Both the position numbers and the translations under genes were made by a program. The notes under the pieces are model-generated. The model saw nothing but the letters and a program-made list of their open reading frames with translations, ran no database searches and was not told where the DNA came from. Shown one piece after another: positions 9,867 to 19,206 of a DNA stretch of 64,000 nt (position 1 is the first letter of the stretch; the number at the start of each line of letters is the position of its first letter). The stretch is from an uncultured delta proteobacterium (lineage in GTDB: Bacteria; Desulfobacterota; BSN033; UBA1163), in assembly GCA_963827685.1 (NCBI GenBank), contig CAWHBU010000005.1, positions 288,001-352,000 of the forward strand. Reading direction: 5' to 3'.

Positions 9867-10239
9867 ATCCCGCTTTCCGTCGTCCGGCACAATGTTGGAA
9901 ACCCGATTGAACTAACGAGTCCAAGCTAAATTGTTTTTATTTCGTGAGTACGGTCTTTTTCTTCATAAAATACAGTGCTCACCTTATTTTCTTTTAGCGA
10001 GATGGTTATTTAAATTAATACTAAAATCATTCTGTTTTCCAGATGAAGATCCGGAAGTCATTTAAAGGGCAGCTACGATCTATAAGAAATTCTATGATCC
10101 GTTTTACAACCATTTTTTTAGGATAGAATTGTATCTCTTGCGCAGAACTGGTTGAAGATGTGGTTTTGGAGAATCGACGCTTTATAAGAGCAGGACGAAG
10201 GGAAAAACACACGAAATGGGAAAAGGCAGGAGGACTGGT

Positions 10240-10404
10240 ATGGACAAAAGTTTTAATCCGGAAAAATACGGCATGGTGTTCTGCCCGGATTGTAAGGGGA
10301 AAGGTAGGTTACCCCAAAACCCTAAAGGTTCTAATGTCTGCTCAAGATGTGGAGGTAGCGGGCTTGTTATAAAAGAAAAGGAAACTTCTGAAGAACATAG
10401 ATAA
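10240..10404 (+). CDS. Small DnaJ-type zinc-finger protein
   Basis: Two CxxCxGxG motifs (CPDCKGKG, CSRCGGSG); RBS AGGAGG. Confidence 0.7.
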   Translation: MDKSFNPEKYGMVFCPDCKGKGRLPQNPKGSNVCSRCGGSGLVIKEKETSEEHR

Positions 10405-10443
10405 TAAACCGATTCTTACTGAGTCCAGTAATAAATTAGAAAT

Positions 10444-10626
10444 CTACACATCCACCTTTATAAAATAGATATTCTCGATATCTGCATTATTGCCTAAAAT
10501 CTTTATCACCCAATTCATAATAGATTCACCGCTTATTCTTTCTGGATTTGTCCTTCTCTCTGGCAGTATCCCAAATAAATGGGGTTGCCCGATTTTGTCA
10601 CATTGATAAAATTCATATGCAATCAT
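10444..10626 (-). CDS. Hypothetical small protein (GILPERRxNPERI motif)
   Basis: RBS GGAG; a sigma54 site lies upstream. Confidence 0.6.
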   Translation of the reverse strand: MIAYEFYQCDKIGQPHLFGILPERRTNPERISGESIMNWVIKILGNNADIENIYFIKVDV

Positions 10627-10762
10627 CGTTACTCCGTTTTACCTTGTTCTCTGAAGGAAATAACGATCAATTCACGGCTCAAAAAAATATTTTTTGAAAC
10701 ACTTTCACTATCGGTAGCCTGCAAATCCTGCCAACAGAAAAACACCCATTTGTGTTAAAATC

Positions 10763-10779
10763 AGCAAAATTGGTGCCAA
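10763..10779 (-). promoter_or_regulatory. Sigma54 (-24/-12) promoter
   Basis: Minus strand TTGGCACCAATTTTGCT has the GG-N10-GC spacing. Confidence 0.65.
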
Positions 10780-11018
10780 ATAGTGTCAAACACTGTAAAA
10801 TGCTGTAACACAACGATAACTCAGGTTTTCCTCAGACTCCCATCATTTTAAGGAAAATTAGAAATGGAAAGAATATTCATAAAATGTGAAAAGTCTTCCC
10901 TATTTTTTCCACAGAGTCAAAAAAATCCCTGATAAAAAGGATGAAATATGGACGGAATGCTCTTCTAACTCTCAAATAAAATTCTAAGAAAATGGGGCAG
11001 TCCCCCGCCTCATGAATA

Positions 11019-11287
11019 GAAGGTGGCATTAAGTCTGCATGCATTCTTAAGACGCATGGGGGATATCCCGGTATTGTTGACGGGATTAAGAACAAGGAAA
11101 TCCAACTGGTCATCGTGGTAAACCAAGTATCTACGACAAGTCCTATATCCGCAAAGCTGCCATTAAATTTAAGATCCCTTACATCACCACGTTAGCCGCG
11201 GCCATTGCTGCGGCTAAAGGCATTGCGGCCTACCGGCATGGAAAGGGCAGTGTCCGCTCCCTGCAAGACTACCATGGGGATATCTAA
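11019..11287 (+). pseudogene. carB: 3' remnant of carbamoyl-phosphate synthase large subunit (MGS domain), frameshifted
   Basis: GIKSACILKTHGGYPGIVDGIKNKEIQLVI, then after a shift SYIRKAAIKFKIPYITTLAAAIAAAKGI...VRSLQDYH*. Confidence 0.85.
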
Positions 11288-11487
11288 TAGGATTAGGGGG
11301 CTGGCTCGGTGTTAGATTAGATCTTTTTCACACAGGCCAGCACTCAAAGTGTAATACTCATGATATTTTCTATCGGCATTTTAGTAAGAAATTTTCGCTT
11401 GTAGTATTTGATTGGTATTTAAAATCCTGAGAATTAGTATTTTAAGTACTAATTTATTTAAACGATTTTGTTAATAAACATCTTCGA

Positions 11488-11650
11488 CTAGTGTGGCGTC
11501 TCAGAAATTCGAAGAATAAGTCCAGGGCCAAATCGGCCTCCCTAATAGACATGAAAAATAAAAACTTCTGTATAGTCAAGCAGTTGAAAAGGCAAAACTC
11601 AGCAAGATCCGGCGCGACTTATTCAATTTATTTGTAAGACGCGACGCTAG
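11488..11650. mobile_element. MITE with imperfect 21-bp TIRs bounded by CTAG (IS5-like ends)
   Basis: CTAGTGTGGCGTCTCAGAAAT ... ATTTGTAAGACGCGACGCTAG (17/21 complementary). Confidence 0.65.
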
Positions 11651-11773
11651 ATAGGATAAGTGAAGAGTTGAAGCAAGGAGTCAAATATGTTGGTTGGTAA
11701 AACAGATAGCGGATAATTAACTGAAATGTTTGGTAAGTTTTGTATTTATATCTTCTAATAACAAGGTTAACTT

Positions 11774-12955
11774 TTATGCTTTCCCCTGAGACTTCAGATA
11801 GTCTTTCCAGAAGGGTGAGATATCCCTCAACCTCTGAATAATCGGGGGAAGATGTTCGATGATATAATCCATCTCCTCTTTGGTGTTATAGACAGAAAGA
11901 CTAAACCGAATCGACCCATGAGCGGCCGTGAAAGGAACACCCATGGCCCGGAGGACGTGTGAAGGCTCCAATGAACCGGAGGTGCAGGCCGACCCCGAAG
12001 AAGCGCAGATACCGAGATCGGAAAGCAGGAGGAGAATCGATTCTCCTTCCACAAACTCAAAACTGAGGCTCACCGTGTTGGGAAGCCGATGGACCCGATC
12101 CCCATTGATTAGGGTATTTGGAATCTTTTCCAAAAGCTTCGCTTCGAGATAATCGCTCAAGGCCTTGACCCTTGTGTTCTCTTCATCAAGGTGCTTTTTG
12201 GCCACCTCGCAGGCCTTCCCAAGGCCGATGATGTATGGGACATTCTCTGTCCCTCCCCTTCTCCCTTTCTCCTGGTGGCCACCAATCAAGAATGGAGAAA
12301 ATTTAGTTCCTTTTCGGATGTAGAGTACCCCGATCCCTTTGGGCGCATGAAGTTTGTGGCCGGAAATGGAAAGCATATCCAGCTTCGATTTTTTCATATT
12401 GAGAGGGATCTTCCCTGCTGCCTGAACTGCATCGGTGTGGAAAGAAATTCCCCTCGCCTTTACAATCTCACCAATTTCTTCAATAGGAAAGATCACCCCG
12501 GTTTCATTATTGGCATACATGATGGTGACCAGAGCCGTCTCTTCGGTGAATGACTCTCTCAATTCATCCAGGTCTAACCGTCCCTCTCGATCTACAGAAA
12601 GTTCCGTGATGCGGTAGCCTTTTCTACCTAAATAGGTAGAGACATTTCCAACAGCAGGATGTTCCACCCGGGTAGAGATGAGGTGTCGCTTTTCCGGAAA
12701 GGAATCGAGTGTTCCTAATATGGCTGCATTATCACTCTCTGTTCCACAACTGGTGAAGACGATCTCTGAAGGCTCTGCTCCTAAAAAATCTGCCACCTTC
12801 GCCCTTGCCTCATCCACCTTTTTTTGAACCTGCCCTCCGAAGAAATGCATGCTCGAGGGATTTCCATAATACTCAGAAAAGTAAGGCAGCATCACTTCAA
12901 AGACCTCTGGAGCCACTTTTGTCGTCGCATTATTATCCACATAAACGGTCTTCAC
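11774..12955 (-). CDS. nifS: Cysteine desulfurase NifS
   Basis: DNNATT, SGHKLHAPKG and SSGSACTSGSLEPSHVL; follows nifU. Confidence 0.95.
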   Translation of the reverse strand: MKTVYVDNNATTKVAPEVFEVMLPYFSEYYGNPSSMHFFGGQVQKKVDEARAKVADFLGAEPSEIVFTSCGTESDNAAILGTLDSFPEKRHLISTRVEHPAVGNVSTYLGRKGYRITELSVDREGRLDLDELRESFTEETALVTIMYANNETGVIFPIEEIGEIVKARGISFHTDAVQAAGKIPLNMKKSKLDMLSISGHKLHAPKGIGVLYIRKGTKFSPFLIGGHQEKGRRGGTENVPYIIGLGKACEVAKKHLDEENTRVKALSDYLEAKLLEKIPNTLINGDRVHRLPNTVSLSFEFVEGESILLLLSDLGICASSGSACTSGSLEPSHVLRAMGVPFTAAHGSIRFSLSVYNTKEEMDYIIEHLPPIIQRLRDISPFWKDYLKSQGKA

Positions 12956-13794
12956 GGCCTGACCTCCTCCACTTCAATATCATCGCTGACAAATTCCCTT
13001 AGCTTCGATTCGACATACTGCTTTAAAGTAAACTCAGAGCTGGGGCAGAAGGAACACTTTCCCCTCAATGCCACCAAGACCTTGTTGCCCTCAATATCGA
13101 TTAGATCTAAATCTCCTCCATCCGCCTTCAAGGCCGGAATAATTTCTCTTCCTAATGTCTCTTCGATCAATTTGATTTTCTGAATGTTCGTCAACTTCTT
13201 TTTCTCTGGCTTGGGAGGAGGTGCCCCTTTCTCCATTTCCTTTCTTACTTTTTCAATGATGGCCTCAATCTTTGGATGGCACTGACCACATCCTCCACCC
13301 GCTTTGGTATAGTAGGTCACCTGTTCCACTGTCTTGAGATCGTTCTCACGGACCGCCTTGATAATCTCTCTATCCGTCACACCGAAGCAGTTGCAGATCA
13401 CCTCGAAATCTTCTTTCGTTACTTTCTGCCCGCGATAATTGGCAATCGCAGCATCGAGAGCTTCTCTTCCCATCACCGAGCAGTGCATCTTTTCTTCGGG
13501 AAGTCCTCCCAGATAATTAGCAATATCCTGATTGGTGATCTTCGCTGCTTCATCAAGGGTCTTCCCCTTGATGATCTCTGTCAAGGCAGAAGAGGAAGCA
13601 ATGGCACTGGCGCAGCCAAAGGTCTTGAATTTTACATCTTTAATCCGTTTCTTCTCATCCAATTTGAAGGTGAGCCTCAAAGCATCCCCGCATGCCAGCG
13701 ACCCGACCTCACCCGCTCCGTCTGGATTCTCAATCTCTCCGACATTCCTTGGATTAAGAAAATGGTCTTTTACCTTTTCTGTATAATCCCACAT
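12952..13794 (-). CDS. nifU: Fe-S cluster assembly scaffold NifU
   Basis: IscU domain (CGD, FGC, HCS), BFD-like CNC...CGQC, and NfU domain (CSFC). Confidence 0.95.
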   Translation of the reverse strand: MWDYTEKVKDHFLNPRNVGEIENPDGAGEVGSLACGDALRLTFKLDEKKRIKDVKFKTFGCASAIASSSALTEIIKGKTLDEAAKITNQDIANYLGGLPEEKMHCSVMGREALDAAIANYRGQKVTKEDFEVICNCFGVTDREIIKAVRENDLKTVEQVTYYTKAGGGCGQCHPKIEAIIEKVRKEMEKGAPPPKPEKKKLTNIQKIKLIEETLGREIIPALKADGGDLDLIDIEGNKVLVALRGKCSFCPSSEFTLKQYVESKLREFVSDDIEVEEVRP

Positions 13795-13967
13795 AGAAAA
13801 CCCCCGGTAGTTTTATAATTCATTATAAATTTAACCCCTCTCCACCGTCAACTCTTTTCTCAACTAACTCAGAGGTTCTCGAAGCGGAACAAAGATTCTT
13901 GAACTCCGTCGTCCCCTGGACGGGGGGCAGTACAGCGTTTCAATTCCAGGAACCGCTGTCAAATCGT

Positions 13968-14043
13968 CGTCTAGTTCACCGGCGTTTTGCGAGGGGGACT
14001 TTGCTCTCTTGTTAAACGGTCCGGGTTGAATGGTTCGTTAGGC
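13968..14043 (-). other. Degenerate solitary attC-like site after the methyltransferase gene
   Basis: Minus strand GCCTAAC-GAACC-ATTCAACC...GGTGAAC-TAGACG just after the stop codon; the R' GTT box is missing. Confidence 0.5.
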
Positions 14044-14047
14044 AGCC

Positions 14048-14788
14048 TCATTTATGCGCTGCTTTGACTTCGGAAGGAAAGAGCATTTGTTGGGAGTATT
14101 CCCTCGCTTCTACCTTGAACCCGTGCCGTTTCAACCTGTCCGTCAATTGGACCCCGCGGCACCCGCCCATCGCCTTGGGTGACAATTTGTAGATGAAGTC
14201 ATACAGCTTGCTGCCGGGCCTTTCGCCTTCGGTCATGCTGACCAATATCAGCCTGCCGCCCTTTTTCAAGACCCGCTTGAACTCCTCCACCACCTTGTCC
14301 ATGTCAGCATAACGGATCAGGTCGAACATGTAATTGTTCATCAACAAATCGACAGACTCGTTCTCCATTGGAAGATCAAACGCGGTTCCGGTGCGGAGGA
14401 CGTAATGGGCTCCTGCCAACTTACTCAACCGCTTTCTCGCCTTATCCAGCATTCCTTCGGATAGGTCGATGCCGACATTCTGACCATGAGGATTTCTTTT
14501 CACGATTTCATAAAAGGCGATCCCCGTGCCGACGGCCACTTCCAGAATATTTTGCCCATCTTTGATTGCCGCCAGTTCAATTGCCCGACTTCTTGCGCGA
14601 GACTCCGTCAGTCTTCCCCAGATGTCGTAAATGCGAGACAGTTTGTCATACACAGGTCCAATTTCGTCTTGAGAAACTCTTGCGTCTAGTTTTCCTTCTG
14701 ATGGATGGCGGGCGCTGCTGAAACAAGAAATTCCACAGCAGGAAAATGATCGCTTCATGATTTCACTCCTTTTCCGTTCTATGGCCAA
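14048..14788 (-). CDS. Class I SAM-dependent methyltransferase (UbiE-like)
   Basis: ILEVAVGTG, GIDLSEGML and RVLKKGGRL motifs; start uncertain. Confidence 0.85.
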   Translation of the reverse strand: MAIERKRSEIMKRSFSCCGISCFSSARHPSEGKLDARVSQDEIGPVYDKLSRIYDIWGRLTESRARSRAIELAAIKDGQNILEVAVGTGIAFYEIVKRNPHGQNVGIDLSEGMLDKARKRLSKLAGAHYVLRTGTAFDLPMENESVDLLMNNYMFDLIRYADMDKVVEEFKRVLKKGGRLILVSMTEGERPGSKLYDFIYKLSPKAMGGCRGVQLTDRLKRHGFKVEAREYSQQMLFPSEVKAAHK

Positions 14789-14815
14789 TATTGATCTTTG
14801 ACCCTTTTTCTCTCT

Positions 14816-15653
14816 TTAGCTCATTGCAGGTTTAATTGCTGAGACCTTAATACTGACCACCGAGTTCGCCAAATCCTCGGCTTTTTCACGGGAAAGCTTC
14901 AAATTTTTTGCAACCTCTCTGGCTGTCGGGTCATTGACCAGGAGGTCGACAGAAAAAGTGGCCTCGCCCAAGACGTTGGTCTCCTCAAATCCCGCTGCCC
15001 GGATCGCTTCCAGGTAATCCTTTTTGCCTAGTAGCACCCGCCACACAGCCAATGTAGGCTACTACGGAATTCCTGATTTCCTCGGGCAGCTCTTTGAGCA
15101 GCACAATATCAGAGACCATCAAGCTTCCACCCGGCCTAAGGACGCGAAAGGCTTCCTGGAAGACCCTTTTCTTATTCGGGGAAAGATTGATCACGCAACT
15201 AGAGATAATGACATCCACCTGATTGTCACCCACAGGTAAGTTCTCGATCTCTCCCAGTCTGAATTCCACATTGTCATAATTGCCCTTCCGGGCATTCTCT
15301 CTGGCTCGGTCAAGCATCTCCGCAGTCATATCCACCCCGATGACTTTCCCCGTCTTGCCTACCTGGTTGGCAGCGAGAAAACAATCAAAACCCGCGCCCG
15401 AACCCAGATCGAGGACCACCTCCCCTTCCTTTAATGACGCGAGAGCTATTGGATTGCCGCATCCGAGACCCAAATTTGCTCCCTCAGGAACAGCTTTCAA
15501 TTCTTCTTCGCTGTATCCTATCTTTCTACCAATATTCTGTGCTGAATTAGGGCTCCCACAACAGGATTTCTCAGGAGCACAACACGAGCTGTCTTGCTTC
15601 GCAATTTTGCCATAGCCCTCTCTTACGACTTTTCTTATTTCTTCCTTGTCCAT
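14816..15653 (-). CDS. arsM: Arsenite S-adenosylmethyltransferase ArsM, with a frameshift near 15030
   Basis: SSCC...[29 protein letters not shown] and GCVAGA; the C-terminus ([13 protein letters not shown]...SIKVSAIKP) continues in another frame. Confidence 0.9.
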
Positions 15654-15670
15654 TTTCGGTCACCTCCATA

Positions 15671-15964
15671 TTATTTGGTAGCATCGCTTCCTATCACTTC
15701 CTTCATCATCGGACCAAGCAGCCCCTTCACCATGTCTCCGAATTCATCGGCCTTAATCAAAGTCAAGCAGCACACTTTCCCGTCCTTTTCCCAGCCAACA
15801 AGCGCCAACTTATCGCCTGTGTGGATACCGGCTTTATCTCTAACCTCTTTAGGGAGCACCATCTGCCCACGCTCATCGACGCTGACTAGCGCTTCAACCT
15901 TACAGCAACTCATTTTCCCACAGGTAGGTCCGGAGCAGGATGCTTTTCCGGGCTTTTTGACCAT
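15671..15964 (-). CDS. AbrB/SpoVT-type DNA-binding protein of the HgcAB-associated (HgcC-like) family
   Basis: CCKVEALVSVDERGQMVLPKEVR...WEKDGKVCC: AbrB core plus vicinal Cys pairs. Confidence 0.8.
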   Translation of the reverse strand: MVKKPGKASCSGPTCGKMSCCKVEALVSVDERGQMVLPKEVRDKAGIHTGDKLALVGWEKDGKVCCLTLIKADEFGDMVKGLLGPMMKEVIGSDATK

Positions 15965-16000
15965 ATTTCTCACCTCCTCCATAGTTTTCAGTTTAGTTTA

Positions 16001-16059
16001 ATTATTCAAGTAAATCAGATTATGCTGAATAATATAAACAATCAGAATTTGTTTGTCAA
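16001..16059 (-). promoter_or_regulatory. Sigma70 promoter with an overlapping palindromic operator for the hgcC-like/arsM unit
   Basis: TTGACA-17-TATATT (minus strand); palindrome ATTATTCA...TGAATAAT at 16001-16033. Confidence 0.65.
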
Positions 16060-16205
16060 GTCTTTTTTTGGAAATATCCGACTCCAGAGCAGGGGAAAGG
16101 AAAGGTATCTTTCTATATACTCAAGACTAAGTCTCAATTAAAGCTTTTTGAAATACCTTGAATCATCTCAAATTTTAGATTACTATTTTGGCGAAAGGTA
16201 ATCGG

Positions 16206-16370
16206 ATGACATTAGATAAAGAGTCTTTGACCGATCTGATCTGTAAACGCTGCGATTTCTACAAAGAATCCGAAAAGGATCTGGAATGCGGGGCCTACAA
16301 GATCCTTAAACGGCTTTTGGAAAAGAAGATCATCACCCCTGAAGAGATTTCCGATGCCCTTCGAGAATAA
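16206..16370 (+). CDS. Small Cys-containing protein (54 aa) overlapping the radical SAM gene
   Basis: ICKRCDFY...LECGAY; its 3' end overlaps the rSAM start by 17 nt. Confidence 0.7.
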   Translation: MTLDKESLTDLICKRCDFYKESEKDLECGAYKILKRLLEKKIITPEEISDALRE

Positions 16371-17521
16371 ATTCATCATCCTGACCCCTCACTCCGTTTT
16401 GAAAAACCTCGAAGAACCCTACCTCTACGATATCGAGAAAGACGACCTTTACGAACTGAACGCGGATGCCCATCAATTTCTCCTCAAAATCTGCCAGGGC
16501 ATCAATCCGCCTATCCGAAAAGAGGATGAGGAATTTATCCGATTCTGTCTCTCCGAGAATTTGATCGCTTTCTCCGAAACCCCTCTCCAGAGAAAGGTGT
16601 CTCTGAATCCTTCTCCGACCCCCTCGCTCCGTTATCTTGAGCTCCAGATTACAGACCGATGCAATCTCCAATGCCGCCACTGTTATATCGGAGAAGGTTC
16701 TCATCAGGATCTTTCTAAAAAACAGATTCAAAGAGTGTTGGAAGAATTTGAAGAGATCCAAGGGTTGAGGCTCCTCATTTCTGGAGGGGAACCTCTACTC
16801 CACCCTCATTTTTGGGAGATCAATGACATCCTGCGAAACTATGCCTTCCGATCTGTCCTCCTTTCCAATGGCACGCTGATTACTAAAGAGGTCGCCAAAA
16901 AGCTCCGCGTCCAAGAGGTCCAGATCAGTCTCGATGGAATGAAAGAGGGTCATGAATCACTTCGAGGAAAAGGCATCTTCGGAAAAAACGATGGCGGCCA
17001 TTGACCACCTGCAACAGGCTAACTTTCGGGTCTCTGTAGCCACGATGATTCATCGTAGAAATCTATCTGAGTTCGACCAGCTTGCCTATCTCCTTCAATC
17101 AAAAAATATTGAGGAGTGGAATGTTGATGTCCCTTGTTTAGAAGGGAGACTAAAGTCAAATCAGGATTTTTCGGTTTCTCCCTCGGAGGCAAGCCGGTTT
17201 CTCAGTTATGGCTTTGGAGGGGGATTTCACGGTGCAACAAAAAATTCTACTTGCGGAGCGCATCTTTGTGCTATAATTCCAAATGGGACTGTTTGTAAGT
17301 GTGGACTCTTTAGCGATGAACCCGTGGGATCGATCGAGGAGGGTCTTCGGACCTGTTGGGCACGAATTCCTCGAATTGCCTTGAAAGACCTCACCTGCAA
17401 ATGTCCTGTGACGGAAGAGTGCCGAGGGGGATGTCGGTACCGGGCGAAAATTCAAGGTGATTTATTTCAACCCGACCTCTTTCAATGTTACGCAAGGGGT
17501 GTTTTGAAAGGAGGTGAATGA
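16354..17521 (+). CDS. Radical SAM/SPASM peptide maturase with an N-terminal RRE/PqqD-like region; +1 frameshift in the A6 run at 16983-16988
   Basis: CNLQCRHC, SGGEP, SNGT and SLDG; SPASM CGA...C...CKC...CxCxxxxxCRGGC...C lies in the second frame. Confidence 0.88.
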
Positions 17522-17522
17522 C

Positions 17523-17585
17523 ATGACCATCAAGAAGGTGGCCAAAAAATTCTCCGGTCTCTGCAAATGTAAAGCATCTTGCTAA
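17523..17585 (+). CDS. Candidate RiPP precursor peptide MTIKKVAKKFSGLCKCKASC (20 aa, not in the ORF track)
   Basis: Near-perfect RBS AAGGAGGTGA inside the rSAM 3' end; basic leader plus CxCxxxC core; hairpin immediately downstream. Confidence 0.8.
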   Translation: MTIKKVAKKFSGLCKCKASC

Positions 17586-17595
17586 GCTATCAATC

Positions 17596-17624
17596 GGGCT
17601 CCTTCCCAAGAAGGGAGGGAGCCC
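17596..17624 (+). terminator. GC-rich hairpin closing the rSAM-peptide unit
   Basis: GGGCTCCTTCCC-AAGAA-GGGAGGGAGCCC; the U-tract is weak. Confidence 0.6.
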
Positions 17625-17698
17625 CTATTCAACAAGTTAAATAATCCGCCCAAAAAAGGACAGGTCCTGAGACCTGTTTTTTTATTTCGTGATGATAG

Positions 17699-17843
17699 AA
17701 GGATTCCAGGATACAAGGGGTTAAGGATTCAAGTGGTACAAATTGATGACGGAGACAACAATCTTACTGATAAAAGAATAAAAATGGTTACGAGGTCAAT
17801 AGCATTTCGCCTCAACCCTTGAATCCTCGAATCCTTGAACCCT
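17699..17843. repeat. Inverted octamer-repeat element (GGATTCAA / TTGAATCC)
   Basis: Complementary repeat arms flank a unique core. Confidence 0.55.
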
Positions 17844-17880
17844 TTCTCCCAATTAATTGGCAGAAAAGCGATATTAAAGA

Positions 17881-18816
17881 ATGTATATCGGAATCGATTT
17901 TCTTATCACTTCCGAATTAAAACTCTATCTGGTGGAAGTGAATGTGGGTCTCCCCGGAGGAGCCCATGAATATCATCTTACCCATCTGGTCCATTTCGGA
18001 AAGCCCTCAGATATTTTTGGGCGGATCGAAGGGACCTCGCAAAAAGTTTACGGAAAGACTTTCAAGGATTACCTTCATTCCCTTCCCTTTATTGAAGCTC
18101 TAAAACCCTTTAAGATATGGATGGACGGAATGGGCCCCTTTCCAGAAACCTTCCATCCCGGATTGAGGCTTGAGGATAAATGGAATCAATACCAATTGCT
18201 CAAGTCCATCGCGCCCATGCCTGAGACGATGGCTTTCGACCCGGAAGACCGGGTGGAAGCTAACCGATTTATTGAGCGAACGAGGAAAGCAGTTTTGAAA
18301 CGTCGGGTTGGAAGGGGTGGAAGGGATTTGCAGGTGATCTCTGAACCGTCGTCTTTGTTGAAATCAAATCTTCTATCAAACCACTATCTCCTCCAAGAAT
18401 ATGTCGAAAGCAAGATCGACGGATATAGTTTATCCATCCGCTCGGTTGCCTTTGGCGGAGAGTTTATGTGCATGTATGCCAACCTTTCCCCAAGATCCAC
18501 CTCCAATCATGGGATATTGACCTTTGTCTCATCTGGGAATCTATTCGGACTAAACGCAATGGGGTTCAAGACTGAATCATTCAATCAGAAATCATGGGAA
18601 GCAGAGATATGGTTTGGTGAAAATGAACCTCAATACCTGAGACATAACCTATACGAAGAAGAGGTCGCCAAGGCAACCCTCATCATTCCCGAGCCTTTTT
18701 TAAGAACGATCATGGAATTATCTGTAAAGATAGAAAGACTTTATGATGGATTAGATCTTTTTGCCCTTCCAAAAGCATGCTTCGAAGAGCAACCGGGCCG
18801 TTCCCTCTCCAGATAA
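17881..18816 (+). CDS. Circularly permuted ATP-grasp-like protein
   Basis: GIDF..YLVEVN.GLPG sits at the N-terminus; DK..., PET, VLK..G.GG, LLQEYV and IRS come later. Confidence 0.7.
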   Translation: MYIGIDFLITSELKLYLVEVNVGLPGGAHEYHLTHLVHFGKPSDIFGRIEGTSQKVYGKTFKDYLHSLPFIEALKPFKIWMDGMGPFPETFHPGLRLEDKWNQYQLLKSIAPMPETMAFDPEDRVEANRFIERTRKAVLKRRVGRGGRDLQVISEPSSLLKSNLLSNHYLLQEYVESKIDGYSLSIRSVAFGGEFMCMYANLSPRSTSNHGILTFVSSGNLFGLNAMGFKTESFNQKSWEAEIWFGENEPQYLRHNLYEEEVAKATLIIPEPFLRTIMELSVKIERLYDGLDLFALPKACFEEQPGRSLSR

Positions 18817-18826
18817 TTAAAGTGAA

Positions 18827-18920
18827 CCCCGTTAGAAATTCCAGCGGGGCATTAAACCCAGCTGGAATTATTTAAAATGTAACCCCTCTGCAGAGTAGCA
18901 GGGCGTCATTTCTAACGGGG
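18827..18920. mobile_element. 94-bp MITE with 13-bp perfect TIRs and a TGAA direct repeat
   Basis: TGAA|CCCCGTTAGAAAT ... ATTTCTAACGGGG|TGAA. Confidence 0.8.
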
Positions 18921-19132
18921 TGAATTTAAAAAATATCTATGTGTATGATTTTTTTATCCTATGAAACATTATAAATTACAAGTAGTTATATAAAATAGCA
19001 ATGCCTATTACCTTATAAAATGTATATTCCTAATATACACAAAAAGTCTTTTGCCTTTTTTTTGTAAAATTTATAAGGTATATAATTTAGTATAATCAAT
19101 ATATTACAAACTTTTTGTACCCTTTCCCAGGG

Positions 19133-19149
19133 TTGGCATTGCGTATGCA
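19133..19149 (+). promoter_or_regulatory. Sigma54 (-24/-12) promoter
   Basis: TTGGCATTGCGTATGCA has GG-N10-GC spacing and follows an AT-rich stretch. Confidence 0.65.
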
Positions 19150-19206
19150 ATTACTAAGGTTGAGGTGACTCAAAAACCTCAACGGAAAAGAAAGGGGGAA
19201 TAGGCC

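Noticed and set aside
11774-13794. nifU/nifS as evidence of nitrogen fixation
   Set aside because: No nifHDK in the window; NIF-type Fe-S assembly is housekeeping in many anaerobes.
17519-17521. Sec read-through of the rSAM TGA
   Set aside because: The SPASM domain is complete, the TGA directly follows the peptide RBS, and the peptide is in a different frame.
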